Assembly: GCA_951406725.2 (NCBI GenBank)
Contig: OX597832.1
Location: 7,936,001-8,000,000 of the forward strand
Origin: Octopus vulgaris
Taxonomy: Eukaryota
Length of the DNA: 64,000 nucleotides
Direction of reading: 5' to 3'
Within the stretch, counting starts at the first letter, position 1. Each line of letters opens with the position of its first letter. Both the position numbers and the translations under genes were made by a program. The notes under the pieces are model-generated. The model worked only from the letters and a program-made list of their open reading frames with translations, had not been told where the DNA came from and searched no databases. This document shows positions 26,509 to 38,080 of this stretch, piece after piece.

Positions 26509-29284
26509 AAACAACATCCATTCATGAACTTATTTATTTATTAATTTTTAAATACATATTTTACCTTTGAATTTAAGAAACGTTCTTCTTCAATAGTCGC
26601 AATACACTGACGTGGTAGTCCTCGAAGTCCCATCTCTCACTCCCGCTGCGTCTCTTAAACTGTCCATGAGGTGAAGTAGGAAAACCGCACTCATATCTAT
26701 GGGATCGGAGGGCAGACGCCTTCTAAGATCCACAATAGAGCGAGTTCTAGCGAGTTATTGTTTGGAACGCTTCTTGATGTTTTATAGCAATTTCTCGACC
26801 AGCTTCTGTAAAATCATAGAGAGTCACTGGCCTGAAGGAAGCATCGTTGCCTTCATTGTTGCTCACATCCCAAACCACTGACCTAACAGCCAAGCCCAAA
26901 ACATCGTGCTCACTCAGATGTCAAAGTCTTTCAGGAACAGTACCACCACGCTTCTTGATTCATGTCAATGGAACGAAGCGTAAACTTCGCAGATACCAAG
27001 AAGAGAATCAAGCAATTTCATTTCGGAAGACTTTGTTTCGTTAATGGCTACTGTATCTCGAGGTAGTGATCTGAAATCATCACCCTGATTCCACTGCGAC
27101 CCTATTCAACGATAATTTATTAAACCTATTGCTCAGTGCTGCCATTCAAAATGAAAAGGAAACGAAAAAAGGAGAAATCAGTCACTTAGATTTTGGTCTA
27201 TTCGTTTTTCAGGAGCTTCAACGTAACCACGAGCAATTTTACAGCTGCTCTTTTGATATGGGCAACTCACGATTTATGATGTAGAGGTCTTGAATGCCAA
27301 TCATGTCTTCCTGAACAGCTGAAGGCAAGAACTCCATTGATGCTCCAGGATTTTTTTTTTCTGCTGGCGATAGACCTTATACTGATAATTCACCCTTGCG
27401 CCTTTTTGCATGGTGATTAGAACGGATTGGTCCCTAAGAGGAGGTACGTTGGTGAATAAGACATTCGCAGCACAGCATCACATATACATGGGTATCAAAG
27501 CAGACTGCCTGCAGGTGTAAGTAGTTTAATCCATCTTAGAAACTCCCTATTCTGTTTTGTAGATCGTTACCATGCTTCATGATACTTTCCTCTCATTATG
27601 GATTACGGATATCAGGACACTTCCAGCCATTTGTCGATTTCTTTTACAGGCGAGTAATATATTCTGCCTGTACCACTGAAAGACCTATAAACAATGATGA
27701 GCAAAATTTCATCTGGGATCGACATCAATTCTAGGCGAACGCTATATTTCTTATACTTTTTAAATAATAATGCAACCGTTTACTTCGAGATTTTATATCT
27801 AACGGGATGACATGAGTGAAGGATGTTTTTTAAGCATTTATCCTCGTTTCTACTGTTTTCTTCGTTTATGTTGAAGCCGTCCGTGTTTATTTTGTTGGTG
27901 GCGGTAGTGAAAGCAACTGCTGTTGTTGCATCCGTTACACTTGATGCTACTGTTGTTGACGTCGTTGTTGTGGCCGCTATCGCTGCTGCAGCTGCTGGTG
28001 ATGGTTTAGTTACTACTGTTACCAGTATTACATTTTATGTTGATGCTAGCGGTGGTGTTATTTTCGCGTTGCTATTTTTGTTATTTTTCTAGTTGCTCTC
28101 TTTACTGTTTCTGCTTGTTATACTATTTTCAATAGAAGCTACAGCCCAACATCAAAGACCTACTAGTAGACTATTGTTGCTGATCCTATCTATACACAGG
28201 TTAGGAATAAGGGCAAGCACATTTCCTCCGAAAGTCATTTGTCTGTAATCTTCTGATAGCCATTTGGCCAATTTTCTGAAAAGTATTTTTAGAAAGGATT
28301 CAGCCGAAACATTTCTTGAAGGAGCGAACGTTGGATCGTGTTTAAAACGAGATGACATTTTTTTCTCAATAAAAATATGGATGCTGAGCTGTTTGCTACA
28401 TATGACACTCAAAGAAAGCAAACATATATATTTAGTATAGATAAGTGTCTATATTGAACTGATATTCAGCAAACTCTCCATTTACCAATCATATTACCTC
28501 TCACTTCTACTGAATACGATTTTGCTGTGATGCCATATTTAGCAGACAGTGAAACCTGAGCGAAAGTATATTCTGCCCTTTTGCATGCTTCATTATATTC
28601 ACATAAAACCTACTCGAGTATCAAGTGAGACGGGGAGCAACAGTTAGACTGTCCTAGATTGACTGAACAATATGAAATAATTGCATGAAATTAATTGCTT
28701 GGCGTGGTTAAGGTATCACTATAGAGCATACATATAACGGAGTAGTAAATTAATAAAGGAATTATTAATTTTCTAGCTATGTGAAAGCAATAAATTGACA
28801 TGCAATAATCATGTTACATACAAATTGTTCGTAAGCGTATCAGATTAAGCGGGCATAATTTTTTAATGGCGAATGTTATGTGACTCCTCTAATCTCTCGA
28901 AATATAGATACGCAGACTACTGATCTGCCTTCACAAATTATTCAGCTGATTTACAGCTGTGAGTTACACTCCATTAAGTTGTAATAGACTACTAATAAAT
29001 TATATAGTCACGAAATTGTACATGTCTGCACATTAGAAATTATATTCCTGAACCATTATATAATACTCCAAGAAAGCCTTCAGTGCTTACTGGCTGTGGA
29101 ACTGATGTTAGTTTTCAGTTAGATGCGCTCACTACTAATATGTGCATACAAAAGCCATATTTCCTGCGCATACTCATTTAAACTCACACGTACACACATA
29201 TCCTATCCAACTCTGGAACCAGATCTCTTATAGTTACGCATAGATACATCAACGCACACGTGCACACACATTTATTACCAATCA

Positions 29285-29493
<209 letters not shown>

Positions 29494-30077
29494 AGTACAC
29501 GTAAATGCTACATATAAATGCTAAAATAAGGTTATTTTTAAAGTATGTTTAAGAATATTGACGGGAACTCTACTGGAATGTGACATGATGAAGAGAGTAG
29601 AGTAAAATTTATTGTGAAAATCAAATTAATTAGGACTTCCAGTTTCGCCCACTGGTTTTTTCAACCAGTAAAGAAACCTTTGCGTTCCAGTTTCCTTTTT
29701 ATATAATGAGTAAAGCCTCATAAAAACGAGGTGTGTGTGATGGAGTTTTACTTTGTTAGAAAAAATCCCTCAGAAAACACTTGATGAAAGGAATTTAATT
29801 TGATTGGATGAAGTCAACTAAATGATTATGAAGTGATAGCTTAAACAGTGGACGGGAGTTGAAATGAAAGATTATGAAGAAAAGAAATGTAAATAGTAAA
29901 TGTAATGAAAAAATTTATTGGATATGGGCCATTAAACAGTCAAGAAAAGAAACGCAATCCTCTACCGTAGTTCAGGGGAACTTAGTAAATTACTGAGTTT
30001 CGTAATAATTTTATTCTAAAGAAACCAATGTGTCAGACAAAATTATGTGAAAAGATTAACTTTCTAAATATGTGGAA

Positions 30078-30454
30078 GCACTCCGTCGGTTACGACGATG
30101 AGGGTTCCGGTTGATCCGACCAACGGAACAGCCTGCTCGTGAAATCAACGTGTAAGTGGCTGAGCACTCCACAGACACGTTCACCCTTAACGTAGTTCTC
30201 GGGGATATTCAGCGTGACACAGAGAGTTACAAGGCCGGCCCTTTGAAATACAGGTACAACAGAAACAGGAAGAAAGAGTGAGAGAAAGTTGTGGTGAAAG
30301 AGTACAGCAGGGATCACCACCACCCTCTGCCGGAGCCTCGTGGAGCTTTAGGTGTTTTCGCTCAATAAACACTCACAACGCCCGGTCTGTGAATCGAAAC
30401 CGCGATCCTACGACCGCGAGTCCGCTGCCCTAACCACTGGGCCATTGCGTCTCC
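30078..30454 (-). mobile_element. tRNA-derived SINE family C variant
   Basis: A/B boxes on the minus strand; tail shared with 2998-3316, head and body shared with 55324-55645; flanking repeat ttctaaata. Confidence 0.85.
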
Positions 30455-30502
30455 TTCTAAATAAGTATACTGTGTGCGTATATGTGTATGTGTGTAGTTG
30501 TG

Positions 30503-30551
<49 letters not shown>

Positions 30552-30672
30552 AAATTCAGTTTCTACTATAATTATATAGACTTATGTCGCTAGAAAGAAA
30601 GATTTAGTAGATTACATATATTACTTTTCCATACGTACCACTAATAGATTAAAACTGCAATCTGATATACAT

Positions 30673-31384
30673 AGGCGCAGGAGTGGCTGTGTGGTAAGTA
30701 GCTTGTTTAAAGGCGGCGAGCTGGCAGAAACGTTAGCACGCCGGGCGAAATGCTTAAGGGTGTTTTGTCTGCCGCTACGTTCGGAGTTCAAATTCCGCCT
30801 AGGTCGACTTTGCCTTTCATCCTTTCGGGGTCGATAAATTAAGTACCAGTTACGCACTGGGGTCAATATAATCGACCTAATCCCTTTGTCTGTCCTTGTT
30901 TGTCCCCTCTGTGTTTAGCCCCTTGTGGGTAGTAAAGAAATAGGTAAGTAGCTTGTTTACCAACCACATTGTTCTGGGTTCAGTCCCACTGTGTGGCACA
31001 TTGGGCAAGTGTCTTCTACTATAGCCTCGGGCCGACCAAAGCCTTATGAGTGGATTTGGTAGACGGAAACTGAAAAGAAGCCCGTCGTGTATATGTATAT
31101 ATATATATATATATATGCGTGTGTGTGATTGTGTGTCTGTGTTTGTCCCCCTAGCATTGCTTGACAACCGATGCTGGTGCGTTTAATTAATGCTATTGGT
31201 GGTGTTACATTTTATGTTGATGCTAGTGGTGGTGTTATTTTCTCGTTAGCGGTTCGGCAAAAGAGACCGATAGAATAAGTACTGGGCTTACAAAAGAATA
31301 AGTCCTGGGGTCGAGTTGCTCGATTAAAGGCGGTGCTCCAGCATGGCCGCAGTCAAATGACTGAAACAAGTAAGTAAAAGAGAG
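30673..31384 (+). mobile_element. SINE family A interrupted by a family B SINE
   Basis: Family A sequence resumes after the insert; TSD seen. Confidence 0.9.
30710..30942 (+). mobile_element. SINE family B, young, nested
   Basis: Perfect 17-bp TSD ggtaagtagcttgttta at 30693-30709 and 30943-30959. Confidence 0.93.
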
Positions 31385-31697
31385 TATGCGTATAAAGCAA
31401 AATTATAAGTACTGTATGGCTTTTTTTTTTGCTAATGAGTACACTGGAATTACTAGGAGCCATCAGAGAACTCTGGAGTATTTCAAAGAATAAAGAATAA
31501 GTTATCTTGATTTGCAGCAATTAGCTTAAATGAAGAAATGTATTTAATATAGGAAAATCTGAAGAATCTAATAGTGGAGAGATAAAAAACCGACTACTAC
31601 AAAACCACAACGAGAATTATTATTAAAAGACTAAAAATATTAGAATAAGTGGAAAACTCGTTTATAGTGAGCTGAAATGTTAGATATTACCTATATA

Positions 31698-31851
31698 GGT
31701 ATGGTTGTGGGATAAGAAGCTTGCTTCCCATACACATTTTTCAGGTTCGGTCCCACTGCGTGGCAACGTGAGTAGGTGTCTCGTACTATAGCCTCAGTCT
31801 GACCAAAGCCCTATGAGTGGACTTGGTTAATATATAAGCTGAAAAAAAGCC

Positions 31852-31855
<4 letters not shown>
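31698..31855 (+). mobile_element. SINE family A 5' half
   Basis: agaagcttgcttccca...ggttcggtcccactgcgtggca...gaccaaagcc. Confidence 0.8.
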
Positions 31856-31907
<52 letters not shown>

Positions 31908-31911
<4 letters not shown>

Positions 31912-32125
31912 ATATATTGTTATATTTCGGAATGGTCATTTTGCCAGTATAGCCAATAAAATCACACGCACTATATATTTGGTGTTACTTTGCTTCAGTG
32001 TTATTTATTTTTTACATTAATCTTAATCTTATTTCGGCCAGAGTTCTTTCGTCACACTCCTGTGACCGCATCAGTGGTCCTTTGTTTTCTTCTTTCTTAT
32101 TTGTGTCTCTCCGCACAACAAATAT
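31908..32125 (-). mobile_element. Short insert in (TA)n carrying a hammerhead variant
   Basis: Unique ~220 bp between TA tracts; terminal ~25 nt (tgtctctccgcacaacaaatatataaa) is duplicated at 32219-32245. Confidence 0.6.
32036..32079 (-). ncRNA. Hammerhead variant (CTGATGC core)
   Basis: Minus strand: gacca-CTGATGc-g-gtcaca(ggag)tgtgac-GAAAG-aa-CTC-tggcc; stem II 6 bp, stem I 3 bp, CUC triplet, A9>C. Confidence 0.6.
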
Positions 32126-32132
32126 ATAAATG

Positions 32133-32211
<79 letters not shown>

Positions 32212-32517
32212 ATATATATGTCTCTCCGCACAACAAATATATAAACGTATATATATATATATATATATATAAGCAAAGTAGCTAGTTCTAAAGTCTCTAT
32301 AATAGATGCAAGTAGTAACTGTACTGAAAAGTACTGTTTGTTGCCACTTCAAGATGGCCGCTACGTACGGAACAATGTTACTATTATATTTTAACCCCAG
32401 GGGGATGGGGTTCTTTATATATATATATGCCAATCTTATGTATATGTATAGACGGTTCTCTTGTGAACGAAAAGTGAGAGTTCAGTGAAATAAAGCGTTA
32501 GTCATCTTCTATGAACT

Positions 32518-33032
32518 CTAATATTTCACTTGAGGCTTGCTTGTAGCTTGCAAACCTTTTTGGCCAAAGGAACAAATTGAGGACACAGTTTGCTTGAGTC
32601 TTTGTGAATACTTTCCTATGTGTTTTCTTGAATAGACGAGAAGGCCCGCTTTGCTTCGTGCTACAAAACCACAATGACAGGTAAGGTTCCAATTTAGAGG
32701 AGAATCGTTTTGCCAGCGTACCTTCATGTTTGTACGTAGTTGATCCTTGAGTAGAAGCAGGACTGGCACCAGGTCCTGTGTTCTGGCACTTTGTTTTCCC
32801 AGGAAGAAAAAGGGAATGTTCCATCGCTTCAGATTGTCATCTAGTTTGCCTTTGAAGCGCAAGAGTGGCCTTCCAACTGACCTTCCTCTTGGGAATTGTC
32901 CAAAGAGAAGTTGCTTCGGAATTCTGATATCATTCATACGTGAGAGATGACCTGATTATCTAAGCCGTATTTTGATTAGGATTATTTCGATACCTGATAT
33001 GCTACATTTTGTTAGTACCTCACTGTTAGGAT

Positions 33033-33033
<1 letters not shown>
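32518..33033 (-). mobile_element. RTE-clade LINE 3' fragment
   Basis: PNSEVLTKCSISGIEIILIKIRLR*SGHLSRMNDIRIPKQLLFGQ..GRSVGRPLLRFKG. Confidence 0.85.
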
Positions 33034-33119
<86 letters not shown>

Positions 33120-33165
33120 AAATATATATACATATACGTATATATATATATATAATAAAAATAAA

Positions 33166-33378
33166 AATGTAAAGTATAGAAGCCATCTTATCATGGCTAA
33201 CCACATAGGGGGGGTGTACTGTAGCTTTATAGCCCCAAGAGATCTTCGTCTCAAGCTGGCTTTGACACAGATATTGTGTCTAAAGCCAGCTTGAGACGAA
33301 GATCTCTTGGGGCTATAAAGCTACAGTAACACCCCCTATGTGGTTAGCCATGATAAGATGGCTTCTATACTTTACATT
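33166..33378. repeat. Near-perfect ~213-bp palindrome at the end of a Penelope-like element
   Basis: Arms of ~104 bp, loop gatat at 33270-33274, only a few indels. Confidence 0.95.
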
Positions 33379-33379
33379 A

Positions 33380-34405
33380 TCGAGAGATTACTGTTTCAAT
33401 CTCATTCTGAGATTTAATTAAAAATAAAAATATTATAAAGCTAAGAGGCCGGTATTATTCTTCATCATAGTAGGTTGGGATGAAAGGTCAGTGTTTGAGG
33501 TTTTGATAATTTGGAGGAGGAAGGAATTTATGGCCATTAAAAGGTCATTAAATAGAAAGATGAATTTTAGGTTTAGCGTGGTTAGGAAGAATATTGAACT
33601 TTAGTACAGTAGTCGGCAAAAGTGAGATAAAATGCTAGAAATAGATGCCTAACTTAAGGGAATATATCTAAAATTAAAAGATAGAAATTAAATTGAAAAA
33701 TATAACAATGAAAAAGTAACAGTTTAAAGGATTGTTGCAGCTAGCGGACTTCGAAAATACTGATTATGTGATGATAATAAGTATTAATGGATGAAAGTAA
33801 TACGTGTATATATTGCTACGACTGTGAATGTAGAGAGACAGGTGTCATGCGTGTTGATTTTGTTTGCATTTGGACCTGTGGAAGAACCTAAAGGTATAAT
33901 AGAATCTATGTTTGCAAGAAAAGAATGCTTCATGCCATCTACTAAGTAATTGTTGTGAATCATGAATTAATATCTGGAGGGCTTCCTTAAGGCAGAGTGT
34001 ATATGCAGAGTGCTGGCCTCGGTATGGGACAGTAGAATCTATTATGACAGGTTATCCTATATGGTATTTTCTTACTTATCAGATGGTGTATGTAGTTGAT
34101 TGGCGACGTGAATATGCTATGCTTCTCATATCTAAATGAGTTCAGATGTGTGGAAAATCTCTACTTAAAATTAGTTGTAGTCCCGAAGTGATGGCTGATA
34201 GAATTACACGGTGTGTTGTAGACAGTGCATTTATACACAGCGTTAAATATGGAGTGGGCTTGTAGCGGGCGGGCGTTCGGCCCCAGACCGGCAGTTGCAG
34301 CTGGATCTATCTTTCCTACGTAGTTTAGCTGTTGTTAGGAATGATGCTGTCCAATTTATGGGCAAGTTAAAGTCTAGGGTAATGTTCGGGGATTGCCTCA
34401 TATCT
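33380..34405 (-). mobile_element. Penelope-like element 3' part: GIY-YIG remnant plus 3' region
   Basis: Minus strand: RSSCNCRSG..., AVYKCTV..., FGTTTNFK*RFSTHLNSFR, PYRGQHSAYTLCLKEALQI. Confidence 0.8.
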
Positions 34406-36112
34406 TTATTACGGTTTTACTTCTCAGAAAGTTTGATTTTGTTTGTTGTGGTAGTCTCTGCGAGAGCAGACAGAAGCCTGCTGTCAGATCTCTCACATGG
34501 TTTCTTTCCGCACATTATAACCTTTGATACTTGGTTGTTAATTATCGTGGGAGACATTCAACATCCAAGTACCAATCTCAAAATCCTAGCTGTCTCCAAC
34601 AGAACAGTTTTTTTGTGCTTACTCTGCTCTCATGTCAATTCCGATTTCTTTGACATATTTCTCGAACTTGTTTGTTAGTGCTCCGAGTGCCCCTATAATT
34701 TCTGGGATGACCGATACTCTCCTCATAGTCCACATCATGCAATTTCGTCCTTTAGTAGACTGTACTTTTTAATGTTTTCTAGTTCTTTGTCACTCATGCG
34801 TGCATCTCCAGGTATCGCAATATCTATGATTTTGGTTTCTTTTTTTCCTCTATCTACTTCAATAATATCTGGTCTCCGAGCTTCGACTAGAGGGTGACAT
34901 TGGATTGTAAAATCCTACAGTCTCTTATATTCCTTGTTCTTTGTGACACCTGGTTCATATTCGTATCATTTCCGTGCTCTGTTCAGGCTGTACTTTTTAC
35001 ATAGCTTCCAGTGGACCAACTTAGCCACATTACCGTGCCTCCTTTTGTAGTGCATTTCGGCCAGCTTGGTACACTCACTCACAATATGTGACATTGATTC
35101 GTTTCTGCTGCCACACACAATCCTACAAAGGGTCGATTCACTACTCGCATCTATTTGAAACTTGGTGTAATTAGTTCTTAGAGCTTGTTTCTGGGCGCTG
35201 CACATCAATGCCCCAGTGCATCCTTTCAGATAATTAGTCATTTCCAAGTGTTGATCTTGTCTTTTCTTTCGATTTCTCTGAGGTATTGCCCTTGTAGTGG
35301 TTTCATTTTCCAGACATTTACTCTTTCTTTTTCATCTTGTTACTTAAATGTGTGGGTGCATTGCATTTTTGGTAGATATGTTGTTGTTAATTCTAACAAC
35401 GACTGCTGTTTGATATACCATTCCACACTGTTCTTCTGGGCAACACAGACCTTGCATCCTATGAGGCCTCTTCCATCCCTTTTTTCAGGCACATAAATCA
35501 GCTGGTATTGATTTTGGGGTGTAATCCCTTGTTAATTATCATCACTTTTCTAGTTTTCCTGTCCATTTCCTCAAACTCGTTCTTTGTTCCCCTAACAAAA
35601 CCTGCGCCGTATCTCATCAAGGAAACAGCCCATGTGTTCATTGCCCTGAATTTGTCTTTTTCCATTGAGTCAACTTTCCATAATTAACATGTTTCTTCTG
35701 AGGTATTCTCTCCCCAAAAGCTTCCTTTCATTTCATCTCCCTTCATTTTGTCGTATTCTAAAATCCCCAGATTCATTAGTCTCAATATCCTTGATTTTCT
35801 CGACGTTGGGAAGCTCTACATCATCAGACGAGACTATTTTGCTTATTTGTATTATAAGCAGACCACACTTTTTAGACACAAATGCCATTCCGTTATTCTT
35901 ACTGAATATATGTACTGTTGAAACTAGGCCATTTATTTCACTTTCGGTCTTTTCAAAGATCTTTAAGTCATCCACATATAACAGATAATTTAATTTTCCT
36001 CCACTTTTCAAGTTGTACCCCAATGTCACTTTCGGTTGTATATGTGTGAGGGGTATCATACAAATCACAAACAGCAATGGTGATAGGCTATCTCCTTGAA
36101 ATATGCCCCTCA
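34406..36112 (-). mobile_element. R4/Dong-like RLE LINE (5'-truncated, decayed), nested in the Penelope remnant
   Basis: GIFQGDSLSPLLF, YVDDLK, CRIVCGSRNESMSHIVSEC..YKRRHGNV, EARRPDII, QKTVLLETARILRLVL; preceded by (TAA)n. Confidence 0.92.
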
Positions 36113-36132
36113 TTATCCTCCCCCGCCTCCTC

Positions 36133-36155
36133 ATTATTATTATTATTACTATTAC

Positions 36156-36187
<32 letters not shown>

Positions 36188-36348
36188 GCATTATTTTTAT
36201 TCTTATTACTGCTAATATTACTGTTGCCATAGTTACTATTATTACCTTTAGTGTTGTTGTTTTTGTTATTATTGTTATCATTATTATTATGATTATTATT
36301 ATTATTATTATTAGCAGCAGCAGCAGCAGTAGCAGCAGTAGCAGCAGC

Positions 36349-36384
<36 letters not shown>
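36133..36384. repeat. (TTA)n/(GCA)n/(GTA)n microsatellite
   Basis: Directly visible. Confidence 0.95.
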
Positions 36385-36385
<1 letters not shown>

Positions 36386-36389
36386 ACAT

Positions 36390-36770
36390 TCATTTCAGAG
36401 GTTCACCTACCATCCTCGGAAATCAGGATTTCCGTATGCTATTCATAGTAGTACTGTTAGAGGTTTGGTGCTTGCTATCATGGTTGGTGTTAGTATTGTC
36501 GCTGCATTGACCTATGCTATGATTATACATAAGTTGACTGTTCCGCCTACAGGTGTCATTTAGGTAGTATGAATTAACTATGCGTTTATTAGATGAGACA
36601 ACAATAGATTCTATACTGGACGGAGAAGAATAGGATAATTCCAGAGTAGAGCTGTTGAAGATGGAATGGTATTTAGGGTGACGTGGGGAGTTAGAATCTA
36701 CAATTGTAAAAAAAAGGTTTTTGTTAAACCTTTAACGTTTAAAGCAAATAGTGTGTAAACCATAAAATTG
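36390..36770 (-). mobile_element. Penelope-like RT-thumb remnant (upstream part of the 33380-34405 element)
   Basis: Minus strand WFT/FALNVKGLTKTFF/IVDSNSPRHPKYHSIFNSSTLELSYSS..IESIVVSSNKRI aligns by eye to the same region at 14930-15060 and 47320-47450. Confidence 0.75.
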
Positions 36771-37067
36771 ATCCTCCCCCACCTTTATTATATATATGTG
36801 TGTGTGTATCTATATATGTGTCTGTGTTTGTCCCCTATCCATACTTCACAACCAATGTCGGGTTGTTTACCTTCCCGTAATCTAGTGTTTCGGCAAAAGA
36901 GGTGGATACCATGAGTATTAGGCAACATAAATGAAGTATAATCTATATTTTCTGTTGGAGGAAAACCCCGAGACTCAGCATTGTTTATCGGTTTGAGTCT
37001 CGTGCGGGTGTTATACGGGTGAGTGCGGGGTGGGGACTTTATTCTTCTGTCTTTATTCTTCTATCTG

Positions 37068-37360
37068 TGAAGGCGCATGGCTCAGTGGTTAGAGTGTCGA
37101 GCTTACGATCGTGAGGTTGTGAGTTCGAATCACAGACCGGGATGCGTGTTGTGTTCTTGAGCAAGACACTTTATTTCCCGTTGCCCCAGTTCACTCGGCT
37201 GTAGAAATGCTGTGTGACGTCACTGGTGCCAAGCTGTATCGGCCTTTGCCTTTCCCTTGGATAACACTGGTGGCGTGGAGAGGGGAGGCCGGTATGCATG
37301 GGTGACTGCTGGTCTTCCATAAACAACCTTGGCCGGACTTGTGTCATGACCGAATGGGGT
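37068..37360 (+). mobile_element. tRNA-derived SINE (family C head, different tail)
   Basis: tggctcagtggttag A box, gagttcgaatc B box, ttgagcaagacactttattt. Confidence 0.85.
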
Positions 37361-37440
37361 CTCAGCATTCTGTTATCTACTGTTTCATTCTTTTATATAT
37401 TGTAAATTCTCTGTTTGGAATTTTTCCTGCATACACACCT

Positions 37441-37518
37441 TGTCTCTGATGACGGAATATCTAGTGCATGGAGATGTTGACCCATCACCTGGGATATCCC
37501 AGAAACAGCTGTAAGGCA
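37441..37518 (+). ncRNA. Type I hammerhead ribozyme, canonical core
   Basis: tgtct-CTGATGA-c-ggaatatc(...)gatatccc-a-GAAAC-agct-GTA-aggca: stem I 5 bp, long stem II, palindromic stem III ACAGCTGT; predicted cleavage after 37513. Confidence 0.85.
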
Positions 37519-37890
37519 TTAATTACTTCTACTCCATTTTTGATTCGCCTTACTCTAATTAAATATTCTAAATGACCCGAGATACTCGTCTTGCCTTGGT
37601 TTTGTTTTCCTTTTCCTTTAATATATAACTGTTGACTCGGAAGCCTACTATGGATCCCCGGCTCCAGCCTCAGCAATGGGCTTGGAAACCAACAGATGGC
37701 CACTTATAGCACTTACGCAGCGTACCTATTCGTTTAGATCACCAGTGAAATAAGCCCATCATATTCTATATATATATATATATGTGTGTATATATATGTG
37801 TGTGTATATATATGTGTGTATATGTGTGTATGTGTGTGTATGCATGTATGTATGTGTGTGTCTATGTATATATCTATGTGTCTGTGTATT

Positions 37891-38080
37891 TGTGTCTATG
37901 TTTGTCCCGTCAGCACCGCTTCACAACCAATGTCGGGTTGTTTACGCTCCCGTAATCTAGTGTTTCTGCAAAAGAGATGGATACGATGAGTACTAAGATT
38001 AACAAAGTAAGTCTTAAAACGTTCCAGGCGGTGCCCCGGCGTGGCCGCAGTAAAACGATTTAAGCAATTGAAAGATAAAA
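37891..38080 (+). mobile_element. SINE family A 3' half (diverged; partial duplicate at 36817-36922)
   Basis: tttgtccc...ggcggtgccccggcgtggccgcagt. Confidence 0.75.

Larger units (their letters stand above)
36940..37767 (+). mobile_element. Non-coding Penelope pLTR/retrozyme-like insert (interrupted by a SINE)
   Basis: Contains the canonical hammerhead at 37441-37518 and ends at a TA tract; boundaries approximate. Confidence 0.55.

Noticed and set aside
26580-27760. Further LINE remnant on the minus strand
   Set aside because: Composition suggests decayed coding DNA, but no motif could be read with confidence.
33380-33420. Hammerhead remnant on the minus strand (atctca-gaa-tgagat-t-GAAAC)
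   Set aside because: Position fits a pLTR, but the CUGANGA core is unrecognisable.
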